Assembly: GCA_021738485.1 (NCBI GenBank)
Contig: JAIPBX010000001.1
Location: forward strand, 4,702-68,701
From: Bacteroidales bacterium
Lineage (GTDB): Bacteria; Bacteroidota; Bacteroidia; Bacteroidales; JAIPAH01
Length of the DNA: 64,000 nt
Direction: 5' to 3'
Shown here: positions 36,268-45,539 of the stretch, one piece after another
Numbering within the stretch: position 1 is the stretch's first letter
Layout of the letters: every line of letters starts with the position of its first letter
The notes under the pieces: model-generated
Seen by the model: only the letters and a program-made list of their open reading frames with translations
Told to the model about the DNA's origin: nothing
Database searches by the model: none
Made by a program: the position numbers and the translations under genes

Positions 36268-37512
36268 CTACACCGAACGCATAGCCTCCACAGGGTCGAG
36301 ACGTGAAGCCTGAAAAGCCGGGATAAGACCTGCCATTAGCCCAATAATCCCCGACACACCAATTGCCAGGATAATATTACCGGCTGTCAAAACAAAATGA
36401 ATCCCTGCATCGAAGGAGTTAGCCAACACGGCTCCCAGGAATACAAAAAGCAATCCGAACATCCCCCCAATTAATGACAAAAACACAGCTTCAAACAAAA
36501 ACTGCAACAGAATAAAATATTTTTTTGCCCCTAATGATTTCTGGATACCTATTTGGCTGATGCGTTCTTTAACCGACACAAACATTATATTAGCTATCCC
36601 GAAGCCCCCTACTAACAGCGAGAATCCACCAATCAACCATCCCACCATAGAAACAACCCCAAAAAACTGGTCAAATCCTTGTGTTAGAATACTTGTTTCG
36701 TTTACAGCAAAATTATCTTCCGCGCCCGGTTTGAGCCTTCGGGCAGAACGCATTATTCCTCTTATTTCCGCTTTCATTTCCTCTATGGAAACCCGGTCTT
36801 TTCCCTTCACCATAATGGTAGAACCCACATCTCTGAGATCGGCCAGCCTGCGCAAGTAGTTAACCGGCACAAGCACTTGCCAGTCATGCGATTCGCCAAA
36901 AGGGTCTTCCCCTTCTTCTTTGAGCACGCCAATAACTGTCACTTTTCTGCCCGACACCTTGATTTCCTTGCCTACGGCCTCTACATCCCCAAAAAGGGCA
37001 TTCTTAATTTTACTTCCGATAAGCGCTACATTTCTCCCTGCATTTGTTTCTAATCGTGTAAAATACCTGCCTCTTTGAACATCAAAGGCCATGACCTCAG
37101 AATACTGATAAGAAACTCCGGAAATCATCGTACTCTCAACAGCAGCACTGCCCAGTTCAACATTCCGATCCACATTCGTCATAAAAGCTGCATATTTAAC
37201 TGTAGCGGCCTGGTTGATTATTCGTTCTTGTTCTTCAACAGAAGGTTGAGGTCGATTCATATATTTCCACCATGGGTAATCGGATTGCCCTACCGACCAG
37301 GGCCACTTTTGAATAAACAGCACTTTCGTACCAAACTGGTTGATTGAAGAACGAAGTTCACGTTCCAGGGAATCAAATACCGTAAAAACAGATATAACGG
37401 CAAATATCCCTATGGTAATGCCTAAAAGGGTAAGAATTGTTCGTACCTTATTAGACAAAATGGCCTGTATTGCAAACAAATAACTCTCTCGGAAAAGACG
37501 AAGGAAAAGCAT
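36268..37512 (-). CDS. ABC transporter permease (MacB_PCD + FtsX)
   Basis: 414 aa. The N-terminal TM follows SNKVRTILTLLGITIGIFAV. It has a periplasmic domain and a C-terminal FtsX module (ERISQIGIQKSLGAKK). Confidence 0.8.
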   Translation of the reverse strand: MLFLRLFRESYLFAIQAILSNKVRTILTLLGITIGIFAVISVFTVFDSLERELRSSINQFGTKVLFIQKWPWSVGQSDYPWWKYMNRPQPSVEEQERIINQAATVKYAAFMTNVDRNVELGSAAVESTMISGVSYQYSEVMAFDVQRGRYFTRLETNAGRNVALIGSKIKNALFGDVEAVGKEIKVSGRKVTVIGVLKEEGEDPFGESHDWQVLVPVNYLRRLADLRDVGSTIMVKGKDRVSIEEMKAEIRGIMRSARRLKPGAEDNFAVNETSILTQGFDQFFGVVSMVGWLIGGFSLLVGGFGIANIMFVSVKERISQIGIQKSLGAKKYFILLQFLFEAVFLSLIGGMFGLLFVFLGAVLANSFDAGIHFVLTAGNIILAIGVSGIIGLMAGLIPAFQASRLDPVEAMRSV

Positions 37513-37700
37513 AATTTCCAGATTATTTTATCTCATTTTTGTTGAGTTCCAAAATTATGATAAATTAACCTAAATAAATAAAAAATATATTGTTTCTTGG
37601 CTGGAATTTAATTAAAATTGCACCTTTGGAAAAGAAGCAGCCTTTCCTGCGGAAACAATTGACTTTAAATAATTTGCAAAAGGATAAAGAGTACGTTAAT

Positions 37701-39230
37701 ATGGCGGAGGAAAAAACAATTCAGAGGGCATTAATCTCAGTCTATCATAAAGAAGGATTAGATAAAATATTAGAGAAGCTCCATGCGCTAAAAGTAGAAC
37801 TTATCTCGACCGGAGGGACTTATGAATATATCACTCAAAAAGGTTATGAAGCCCGCCGCGTAGAAGACCTAACGTCCTACCCTTCCATTCTTAACGGCAG
37901 GGTCAAAACACTACATCCCAAAATTTTCGGTGGTCTGCTGGCTAATCAGGAAAAAAATGAAGATCAACAAGATATTAAAGAATATGACATTTTACCCGTT
38001 GATATGGTGGTTGCAGATTTATACCCTTTTGAAGCCACCCTCAAATCAACATCCAAAGAAGATGAGATTATTGAAAAGATAGACATTGGAGGTATTTCGC
38101 TAATAAGGGCCGGGGCAAAAAATTATGAGCATGTCCTCACCATTTCTTCTATGAGTCAATACGATGGTTTACTGAATCTTCTTGAAAAAGGCGAAGGCAG
38201 CACAACACTTGAAGAAAGGCGCCGCTATGCAGCTGAGGCATTTTCTGTATCATCTCATTATGATACGACCATTTTTAATTACTTTAACAGAGAGGAAAGT
38301 ATTCACCAATTCCGTCATTCCGAAATAAAACACACGCCTTTGCGCTATGGAGAAAATCCCCACCAGGCCGCCTCATTCTATGGAGATATGGAAAATGTTT
38401 TTACCCAGCTATACGGTAAAGAGATCTCCTATAACAATTTACTGGATATAGATGCAGGCATTAATCTTATACAGGATTTTGGTGAGGACCCTACTTTTGC
38501 CATTTTAAAGCATAATAACGCTTGTGGCATGGCTATTCGACCCGAGCTACCGGAAGCCTGGAAAGACGCCCTTGCCGGAGACCCTGTGTCAGCTTTCGGA
38601 GGAATTCTAATAACCAATACGGTTATTGATGAAGAAACGGCTTCACAAATTCATAAGGTCTTCTTTGAAGTTATTTTGGCCCCCGGCTATGACGACAAGG
38701 CTCTGGAGATTTTAAAACAAAAAAAGAAACGGGTGATTCTGAAAAAAAATAATTACCAGTTCCCCACGGCCCAGTTTCGGACGCTGATGAACGGCGTTAT
38801 AAAGCAGGACAAGGACCTTAAATCTGAAACGGAAGAAAATTTACAAACCGTTACCGATGCCCAAGCCACAGAAGAACAAACTGAAGATCTTATCTTTGCC
38901 AATAAATTGGTAAAACACGCGAAATCCAATGCAATAGTTTTAGCCAAAAACAATCAGCTTCTGGCAAGCGGAGTAGGACAAACATCCAGGGTGGATGCAT
39001 TAAAGCAGGCCATTGATAAGGCCTTGCATTTCAATCATAATTTACAGGGAGCCGTGATGGCTTCTGATGCATTTTTCCCTTTTGCCGATTCGGTGGAGCT
39101 TGCTAAGAACGCAGGTATCACTGCTATCATCCAGCCGGGAGGATCGATCAGAGACCAGGAGTCGATTGATTACTGTAATGAAAACGGACTAGCAATGGTC
39201 TTCACGGGAGTTCGCCATTTTAAACATTAA
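37701..39230 (+). CDS. purH: bifunctional AICAR formyltransferase / IMP cyclohydrolase
   Basis: From ATG 37701 the sequence reads MAEEKTIQRALISVYHKEGL...LISTGGT...GRVKTLHPKIFGG...KHNNACG...MASDAFFPF...IQPGGSIRD...FTGVRHFKH. The track start at TTG 37590 adds a non-conserved extension. Confidence 0.95.
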   Translation: MAEEKTIQRALISVYHKEGLDKILEKLHALKVELISTGGTYEYITQKGYEARRVEDLTSYPSILNGRVKTLHPKIFGGLLANQEKNEDQQDIKEYDILPVDMVVADLYPFEATLKSTSKEDEIIEKIDIGGISLIRAGAKNYEHVLTISSMSQYDGLLNLLEKGEGSTTLEERRRYAAEAFSVSSHYDTTIFNYFNREESIHQFRHSEIKHTPLRYGENPHQAASFYGDMENVFTQLYGKEISYNNLLDIDAGINLIQDFGEDPTFAILKHNNACGMAIRPELPEAWKDALAGDPVSAFGGILITNTVIDEETASQIHKVFFEVILAPGYDDKALEILKQKKKRVILKKNNYQFPTAQFRTLMNGVIKQDKDLKSETEENLQTVTDAQATEEQTEDLIFANKLVKHAKSNAIVLAKNNQLLASGVGQTSRVDALKQAIDKALHFNHNLQGAVMASDAFFPFADSVELAKNAGITAIIQPGGSIRDQESIDYCNENGLAMVFTGVRHFKH

Positions 39231-39252
39231 TTTATAACAAACTTTTCAGGAA

Positions 39253-40275
39253 ATGGGATTATTTTCATTTTTAACCAGAGAGATAGCCATAGACCTTGGA
39301 ACAGCAAATACCATTATCATCCACAATGATAAAGTAGTTGTAGATGAGCCTTCTATAGTCGCTATTGAAAGAAGCACAGGAAAAATTATAGCTTTCGGGA
39401 AGAAAGCCCTGATGATGCATGGGAAAACCCATGAAAATATTAAAACGGTACGACCCTTACGGGATGGAGTCATCGCTGATTTTCAATCGGCTGAGTATAT
39501 GATTCGGGAGATGATCAAAATGATAGGATCACAGAACACTCTCTTCCCACCAGCTTTAAAGATGGTGATTTGTATTCCTTCCGGGATCACCGAAGTGGAA
39601 GAAAGAGCGGTAAAAGATTCTGCCGAACAAGCCGGAGCTAAGGAGGTACGTCTGATCCATGAGCCTATGGCGGCAGCGATAGGTATTGGTATTGACGTGC
39701 TTGAACCCACCGGCAATATGATTATCGATGTGGGTGGAGGCACCAGCGAAATAGCAGTCGTGGCTCTCGGGGGAATTGTTAATAACAAGTCCATACGCAT
39801 TGCCGGAGACGACTTTACCAGCGATATTGTAGAATACATGCGTAAACAGCATAATATCAATATCGGAGAGCGCACCGCCGAGCGTATTAAACGGGAAGTG
39901 GGAGCAGCAGTAACAGATTTGGAAAATCCTCCGGAGGATTTTGCCGTACACGGAAGAGACATGCTCACGGGGATTCCGAAAGAAATAAAGGTCAATTATG
40001 CTGAAATTGCTCATGCCCTTGATAAATCGATTTCAAAAATTGAAGCTGCCGTATTAAATGCCCTGGAGATGACGCCCCCGGAATTATCAGCGGATATTTT
40101 CAGGACGGGAATATACCTGGCCGGCGGTGGGGCTTTACTAAGAGGTTTTGACCGGCGTTTGAATATGAAAACCAAACTACCTGTACATATGGCAGAAGAC
40201 CCGCTCAGGGCCGTTGCCAGGGGAACAGGAATTGCTTTGAAGAATTTTGATAAATTTACTTTCTTGATAAAATAG
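39253..40275 (+). CDS. mreB: rod shape-determining protein MreB
   Basis: 340 aa. It has actin-like motifs: IAIDLGTANT, IDVGGGTSEIAV and YLAGGGALLRGFD. Confidence 0.95.
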   Translation: MGLFSFLTREIAIDLGTANTIIIHNDKVVVDEPSIVAIERSTGKIIAFGKKALMMHGKTHENIKTVRPLRDGVIADFQSAEYMIREMIKMIGSQNTLFPPALKMVICIPSGITEVEERAVKDSAEQAGAKEVRLIHEPMAAAIGIGIDVLEPTGNMIIDVGGGTSEIAVVALGGIVNNKSIRIAGDDFTSDIVEYMRKQHNINIGERTAERIKREVGAAVTDLENPPEDFAVHGRDMLTGIPKEIKVNYAEIAHALDKSISKIEAAVLNALEMTPPELSADIFRTGIYLAGGGALLRGFDRRLNMKTKLPVHMAEDPLRAVARGTGIALKNFDKFTFLIK

Positions 40276-40289
40276 GGTAAGCCATTTTT

Positions 40290-41147
40290 ATGCAATACCT
40301 AATAGCTTTTCTGAAGCGTCATACGTTCTTTTTCCTGTTTCTGTTGCTGGAAGGTATTGCATTAATTTGGGTTGTCCAGCACCATAACTATCAAAGAAGC
40401 GTAGTGAATCAATACACCAACCAATTGACAGGTTCGGTATATATGCTATTTAACAACGCCTCTGAATATTTTAAACTGGTTACTATCAATGAAGAGTTGC
40501 AGCAGGAGAATGCAGCCCTCAGAAATATACTGAAGAGCTCTGTTATTATTAACGACACATCTACAGCAAAAAAACAGGACACGCTTTCGTTTATGAGCAT
40601 GGATTCTTCTTATCGCCAGTACTACGTATACGAACCGGTTAAAATCATCCACAATTCCATACATAAAGCCAACAATTATATCATGATTAATAAAGGCCAA
40701 AAACATGGGATTGAACAAGATATGGGCCTTATGGGCGCTGATGGCATCATGGGAATCGTTGTTAGTACATCCCCCCATTTCAGCTGGGCTATGTCAATGC
40801 TTCACAGCAACGTAAGAATAAGTGCCATGCTGAAGAAAAACAATCAAATGGGCACGGTTAGCTGGGAGGGCAACGATTTTAAAACCGGTACGTTGAGTGA
40901 TATCCCCACACATATCAATGTGGCATCCGGAGATACTATAATAACCAGCGGTTTTTCCAATATTTTTCCCGAAGGCCTTTTGATAGGAAAGGTTACTCAG
41001 GCCAGTGTGGATAAAAAACAAAATAATTACGATATTACATTTCGCTTTGCCGAAGATTTTAACGCTCTGCAATATGGTTATGTTATTAAAAATCTTTACA
41101 GAAAAGAGCAACAAAATCTTATTGAAGAATCAAAAATAACTAAATAG
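40290..41147 (+). CDS. mreC: rod shape-determining protein MreC
   Basis: It lies directly after mreB. It has an N-terminal TM, a coiled coil (EELQQENAALRN) and C-terminal beta-barrel motifs (DTIITSGFSNIFPEGLLIGKV). Confidence 0.85.
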   Translation: MQYLIAFLKRHTFFFLFLLLEGIALIWVVQHHNYQRSVVNQYTNQLTGSVYMLFNNASEYFKLVTINEELQQENAALRNILKSSVIINDTSTAKKQDTLSFMSMDSSYRQYYVYEPVKIIHNSIHKANNYIMINKGQKHGIEQDMGLMGADGIMGIVVSTSPHFSWAMSMLHSNVRISAMLKKNNQMGTVSWEGNDFKTGTLSDIPTHINVASGDTIITSGFSNIFPEGLLIGKVTQASVDKKQNNYDITFRFAEDFNALQYGYVIKNLYRKEQQNLIEESKITK

Positions 41148-41653
41148 TGTATCTTAAACATGTCATAAGGTTTTTCTTACTTATCCTCCTCCAGGTAATT
41201 ATCCTCAACCAGGTAAACCTGAACGGCTATATAGATCCCTATTTATACCTTCTTTTTATATTATTATTACCCTTCGAAACTCCCAGGTGGTTGTTACTAG
41301 TTATGGGTTTCTTTACAGGAAGTATAATTGATATTTTCAGTAATACAGGGGGCATACATGCTGCTGCCACTACTTTTATGGCTTTTGCCCGTCCGGGAGT
41401 GATCAATCTCATCTCAAAAAAGTCAGAATTCGATACCGGGAGTGAGCCCTGCATTACTGATATGGGTTCTAAATGGTTTTATCTTTATTCTCTTTATCTT
41501 ATTCTTCTACACCATGCGCTTTTGTTTACGCTTGAAATTTTCCGGTTTAATAAACCGGTCGAATTAATTTACCGTATTACTTTAAGCGCCCTGGTCACTC
41601 TCATGCTTGTTATCTTAAGTCAATATCTTTTCCCAAAACGTCCAAAAAAGTAA
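41147..41653 (+). CDS. mreD: rod shape-determining protein MreD
   Basis: It is a 168-aa polytopic membrane protein whose start overlaps the mreC stop. The call rests on its position in the mreBCD operon. Confidence 0.7.
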   Translation: MYLKHVIRFFLLILLQVIILNQVNLNGYIDPYLYLLFILLLPFETPRWLLLVMGFFTGSIIDIFSNTGGIHAAATTFMAFARPGVINLISKKSEFDTGSEPCITDMGSKWFYLYSLYLILLHHALLFTLEIFRFNKPVELIYRITLSALVTLMLVILSQYLFPKRPKK

Positions 41654-41773
41654 TCTATAAGGTAATTATCAAATAGGTATTCAGTGAGCTTTATTTTAAC
41701 AGGACCTTAACACAAAAACGAATATTTTTTTATATTTTCACAGCCGACAAAAAGTAAAACACATAAGAAGAAA

Positions 41774-42868
41774 ATGATGAAAAAACTGGTTTATCTCTCA
41801 TTACTCATTGCTATTGCGGTATCATGCACGGACAATGCCGACACCTACAAAATAGAGGGAAACATAAAAGGTCTGGACAATCAGCGGGTTTACCTGAAAG
41901 GTCCGGCGAATGACGGTTATCAAGTTATTGATTCCGTCAAATCGGAAAACGGAAATTTTGTTTTTACAGGAGAAATAAACGTTCCCACACGACACAAAAT
42001 ATCTTTCGATAATTTGGATGCTGAAATCAGCCTTTTTACAGAAGCTGCGGAAATCCAAATTGACGGAAAAGTTGATTCTCTGAAAAAGACTACAGTAAAA
42101 GGTTCTGAAACTCAAAAAATTTATGAAAAATATCAAACAAGGCTTAACCAGCTTCAGGAACAGCAGCGCGATATTTATTACAAATACCAGGAAGCTCAAA
42201 AGCAAGGCAACAAAGATAGCATGAAGCTATATGAAAACCAGTACAGAAAGCTGGACAGCCTAAGGAACAGCTACAGTGATGATTTCATAGAAAAGCACCC
42301 TGCCAGTGTGGTATCTGCTTATGTGGCTAACCGTGTGGCCTTTAACTATGACCTGGATGAACTTAAAAAAACAGTCAATCGCTTCGACCCCTCCATTGAA
42401 CCTTCTTATTTTGTCCAGCGCCTGAAAAACCGGGTTGAGAAGTTAGAACAAACCCAAGTGGGCAAAAAAGCACCTGATTTTACTATGAAAAATACCAAAG
42501 GAGAACCTGTTTCTCTTTCCGATTTCAGGGGACAATATGTTTTGCTGGATTTTTGGGCGGCCTGGTGCAGTCCTTGCCGGGCAGAGAATCCCAATGTAGT
42601 AAAAGCTTACCAAAAATACAAAGACGAAGGCTTCACTGTGCTTGGGGTTTCCCTTGACCGGAATAAAGAGAACTGGCTTAAAGCGATTAAAAAAGACAGC
42701 CTTACCTGGACCCATCTATCGGACTTAAAAGGCTGGGACAACAAAGCCAGTAATAAATACGGTGTTATGTCTATACCTCAAAACTATCTCCTTGATGAAG
42801 AAGGTGTTATCGTAGCAAAAAACCTCAGGGGAGAAGAACTACACAATAAGCTTGAAGAGATTTTATAA
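41774..42868 (+). CDS. TlpA-like thiol:disulfide oxidoreductase lipoprotein (DUF4369 + thioredoxin/redoxin domain)
   Basis: It has a lipobox (IAVSC), a DUF4369-like N-terminus (YKIEGNIKGL...VYL) and a redoxin domain with FWAAWCSPC. Confidence 0.8.
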   Translation: MMKKLVYLSLLIAIAVSCTDNADTYKIEGNIKGLDNQRVYLKGPANDGYQVIDSVKSENGNFVFTGEINVPTRHKISFDNLDAEISLFTEAAEIQIDGKVDSLKKTTVKGSETQKIYEKYQTRLNQLQEQQRDIYYKYQEAQKQGNKDSMKLYENQYRKLDSLRNSYSDDFIEKHPASVVSAYVANRVAFNYDLDELKKTVNRFDPSIEPSYFVQRLKNRVEKLEQTQVGKKAPDFTMKNTKGEPVSLSDFRGQYVLLDFWAAWCSPCRAENPNVVKAYQKYKDEGFTVLGVSLDRNKENWLKAIKKDSLTWTHLSDLKGWDNKASNKYGVMSIPQNYLLDEEGVIVAKNLRGEELHNKLEEIL

Positions 42869-42899
42869 CGAGTTTACCGGATCTTAATTTAAGTATGAA

Positions 42900-42940
42900 A
42901 AAGGGCATGGATGCGTGTTGCAAATCTATGCCCTTTTTCT
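42900..42940 (+). terminator. rho-independent terminator
   Basis: The stem aaagggcat / atgcccttt runs into a T-tract. Confidence 0.6.
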
Positions 42941-42979
42941 ATCATTAAAAAGCTTTAATTTTGTCAAAAAACAGGTCTA

Positions 42980-43450
42980 ATGAAACATTTAAGAGTTCTC
43001 TTTTTATTATTCACCGTAGCCTTAGTACAATGTTCCGGCCCTGACCCAATTTATGAAGAGCACCGGTATTTTGAAAATGATACATGGCACCGTTTTGATA
43101 AGCTAAATTTCGCTATTCCTGTGGATAATACAGACAAAAATTATGACATCATATTTTCAATGGTTTATACTTCAGAATATCAATATGATAGAATTCCGGT
43201 TCATATAATTATGAATACGCCGGCCGGTGAAAAACGCATCAATGAGTTTAAAATTAATGTCAGAAACAAGGCGGATGATTTCATCGGAAAAAAAAGGGGA
43301 GATTCTATTCATCTAAAAAAAACCCTGTGGGGAGGCTTTACTTTCAATAAAGCAGGAAAAGCTAAATTATCTATAGAGCAGCTTATTCCCAAATATAATA
43401 CACCTCATATCAAAAGCGCCGGAATCATGCTGAAACAAACGAGGGATTAA
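42980..43450 (+). CDS. gldH: GldH-like gliding-motility lipoprotein
   Basis: It is a 156-aa lipoprotein (VALVQC). The pattern F.NDTWHRFDKLNF....D..KNYDI......SEYQYDRIP....NTPAG...NEF...V resembles what I recall of GldH. The call rests on memory only. Confidence 0.5.
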   Translation: MKHLRVLFLLFTVALVQCSGPDPIYEEHRYFENDTWHRFDKLNFAIPVDNTDKNYDIIFSMVYTSEYQYDRIPVHIIMNTPAGEKRINEFKINVRNKADDFIGKKRGDSIHLKKTLWGGFTFNKAGKAKLSIEQLIPKYNTPHIKSAGIMLKQTRD

Positions 43451-43485
43451 TCCGGCAAAAACATTCCAGCTAAACATCCTGCAAC

Positions 43486-44427
43486 TTATTCTATGCTCTC
43501 CAAAAACTGAAGGGCTGTCTCTTTATCACGAGCAATCTGATTTTCCAGTTCCTGAAGACTCTCAAAGCGCTTCTCGTCTCTTATGCGCTCCAAAAAATAA
43601 ACGGTCAGGTAGTCATGATAAATATCATGATGAAAATCAAATAAATGCACTTCAAATGTGAAGTGACTTTTGTTGATAGTGGGCCGTATACCGATGTTTG
43701 ACATTCCGTAATAATCATAGCCATTCCAGTTGACTTTAACAATATAAACCCCATTGCAAGGAAGCATTTTGCGGGTATCCTTAACTTCAATATTAGCTGT
43801 GGGAAAACCTATTGATTTCCCAATTCGGTTTCCAAAGACCACTCTCCCGAAAACAAAATATTCGTAACCCAGCAAATAGTTGGCTTCCTTAATATTTCCT
43901 GTAGCCAGCCGGTCACGAATAAGCGAAGAGGAAATAATACGTTCCTGATCTTTCAAAGGTTTGACCCTTTCAAAATTAAAACCTAAACGTTCCGATAATG
44001 CCTGAAATACACTGTCGTCGTGTAACTGATCACTTCCCAGCCGATTATCATAACCCAACACAAGATAATTCATACCCAGCCTATCAATAAGATATTTCTG
44101 TATGAACTCCTCTCCTCTGAGCTTCGCCAATCGTTTATCAAATTTTAAAACCACCAGGTGATCAATTTTGTACTGATAAAAGAGGGTTATTTTATCAAGA
44201 TGTGTAGTGAGGGTTTTAAAAGTATTATCCTGCGGTTTAAGAACAACACGGGGATGAGGCTGAAAGGTAATGATAACAGTTTCACCTTTGATATTGTGAG
44301 CCTTCTGCTTAACATGTTCAACAATTTTTTGATGCCCTTTATGAAGGCCGTCAAAAGTACCTACCGTAACAACCGGGTTCTTTATTTCTAACGCACTTAA
44401 GTCCTGTTTCTCTGTATGAAGTCTCAA
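43486..44427 (-). CDS. ribF: bifunctional riboflavin kinase / FAD synthetase
   Basis: 313 aa. VVTVGTFDGLHKGHQ marks the FAD synthetase part. GRVVFGNRIGKSIGFPTANI....PCNGVY...RPT...EVHLFDF marks the riboflavin kinase part. Confidence 0.9.
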   Translation of the reverse strand: MRLHTEKQDLSALEIKNPVVTVGTFDGLHKGHQKIVEHVKQKAHNIKGETVIITFQPHPRVVLKPQDNTFKTLTTHLDKITLFYQYKIDHLVVLKFDKRLAKLRGEEFIQKYLIDRLGMNYLVLGYDNRLGSDQLHDDSVFQALSERLGFNFERVKPLKDQERIISSSLIRDRLATGNIKEANYLLGYEYFVFGRVVFGNRIGKSIGFPTANIEVKDTRKMLPCNGVYIVKVNWNGYDYYGMSNIGIRPTINKSHFTFEVHLFDFHHDIYHDYLTVYFLERIRDEKRFESLQELENQIARDKETALQFLESIE

Positions 44428-44430
44428 ATT

Positions 44431-45426
44431 TTAAACTAATTTATTCGAAATCAGATATTCAGCAATCTGTACGGCATTAGTAGCCGCTCCTTTTCTCAAA
44501 TTATCCGCAACAATCCAAAAGTTGAGTATTTTTTCATTAAAAAGATCCTTCCGTAATCGACCTACAAAAACATCATCCTTTCCGCCGGCATATCGGGGCA
44601 TTGGGTAAATATTCTGAGAAGGGTTATCCTGCATGGTTATCCCTTTAGTAACTGCCAATACATCGCGCACATCGCGCACATCAAAATCTTTCTCAAACTC
44701 CGCTGAAACCGCTTCTCCATGCCCACCCTTTACCGGCACTCTAACCACCGTGGCCGTTATTTCCAAATCCGGTAGCACCATGATTTTCTGCGTCTCGTTT
44801 ACAAGTTTCATTTCCTCCTTCGTATATCCGTTTTCGAGAAAATCCCCCCCATGCGGCAAAACATTCAAATCAATCTGATGAGGATAAAACTCAACACTAT
44901 AATCCCCTTTTCGTTCATTTTCCAACTGTTCCACTGCTTTTACCCCCGACCCGGTAACCGATTGGTAGGTGGACACAACCAGGCGCTTTAAGTTCAGGGA
45001 TTGATGAAGAGGGGCCAGAGCTGCAACCAGTTGAATAGTGCTGCAGTTGGGATTAGCTATAATTTTATTAGCAGGGCCGATCTTCTCGGCATTAATTTCA
45101 GGAACAATTAAAGGAACATCTTCCTCCATACGCCACGCCGAAGAATTATCAATAACTACAGCTCCTTTTTCTACAAACTTCGAAGCATACGTTTTACTAA
45201 ATTTAGCGCCGGCAGAAAAAATAGCAATATGGGGGTTTTTTTCCAGAGCCTGATCCACACTTTGCACTTCCCAATCTTTATGGAAAAACGTAATCTTTTT
45301 CCCGACAGATTTTGAAGATGCAACAGGTATCAACTCGGAAACCGGGAAATTATACTCCTCCAACACTCGCAATATCACCTTCCCCACAAGACCCGTTGCC
45401 CCCACAACAGCTATTTTATATTTCAT
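44431..45426 (-). CDS. asd: aspartate-semialdehyde dehydrogenase
   Basis: 331 aa. It has VVGATGLVG, IANPNCSTIQLV (active-site Cys) and a C-terminal DNLRKGAATNAVQIAE. Confidence 0.95.
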   Translation of the reverse strand: MKYKIAVVGATGLVGKVILRVLEEYNFPVSELIPVASSKSVGKKITFFHKDWEVQSVDQALEKNPHIAIFSAGAKFSKTYASKFVEKGAVVIDNSSAWRMEEDVPLIVPEINAEKIGPANKIIANPNCSTIQLVAALAPLHQSLNLKRLVVSTYQSVTGSGVKAVEQLENERKGDYSVEFYPHQIDLNVLPHGGDFLENGYTKEEMKLVNETQKIMVLPDLEITATVVRVPVKGGHGEAVSAEFEKDFDVRDVRDVLAVTKGITMQDNPSQNIYPMPRYAGGKDDVFVGRLRKDLFNEKILNFWIVADNLRKGAATNAVQIAEYLISNKLV

Positions 45427-45539
45427 GATTGATTTTTCTTTAATAAACAGTCACCCAAAATTGTAATCATTAAACAAAATTACTATATTTATTCCATCTG
45501 TTTAACCTAAATAGCACTCAATATTAATCTACTACAACC

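Noticed and set aside
37590-37700. TTG-initiated 37-aa N-terminal extension of purH given in the ORF track
   Set aside because: The extension (MFLGWNLIKIAPLEKK...) has no counterpart in PurH. The conserved N-terminus (ALISVYHKEGL) follows the ATG at 37701. The extension region more likely holds the promoter.
39483-40014. Two overlapping 150-170 aa minus-strand ORFs inside mreB
   Set aside because: They are antisense to mreB, low in complexity and show no motifs.
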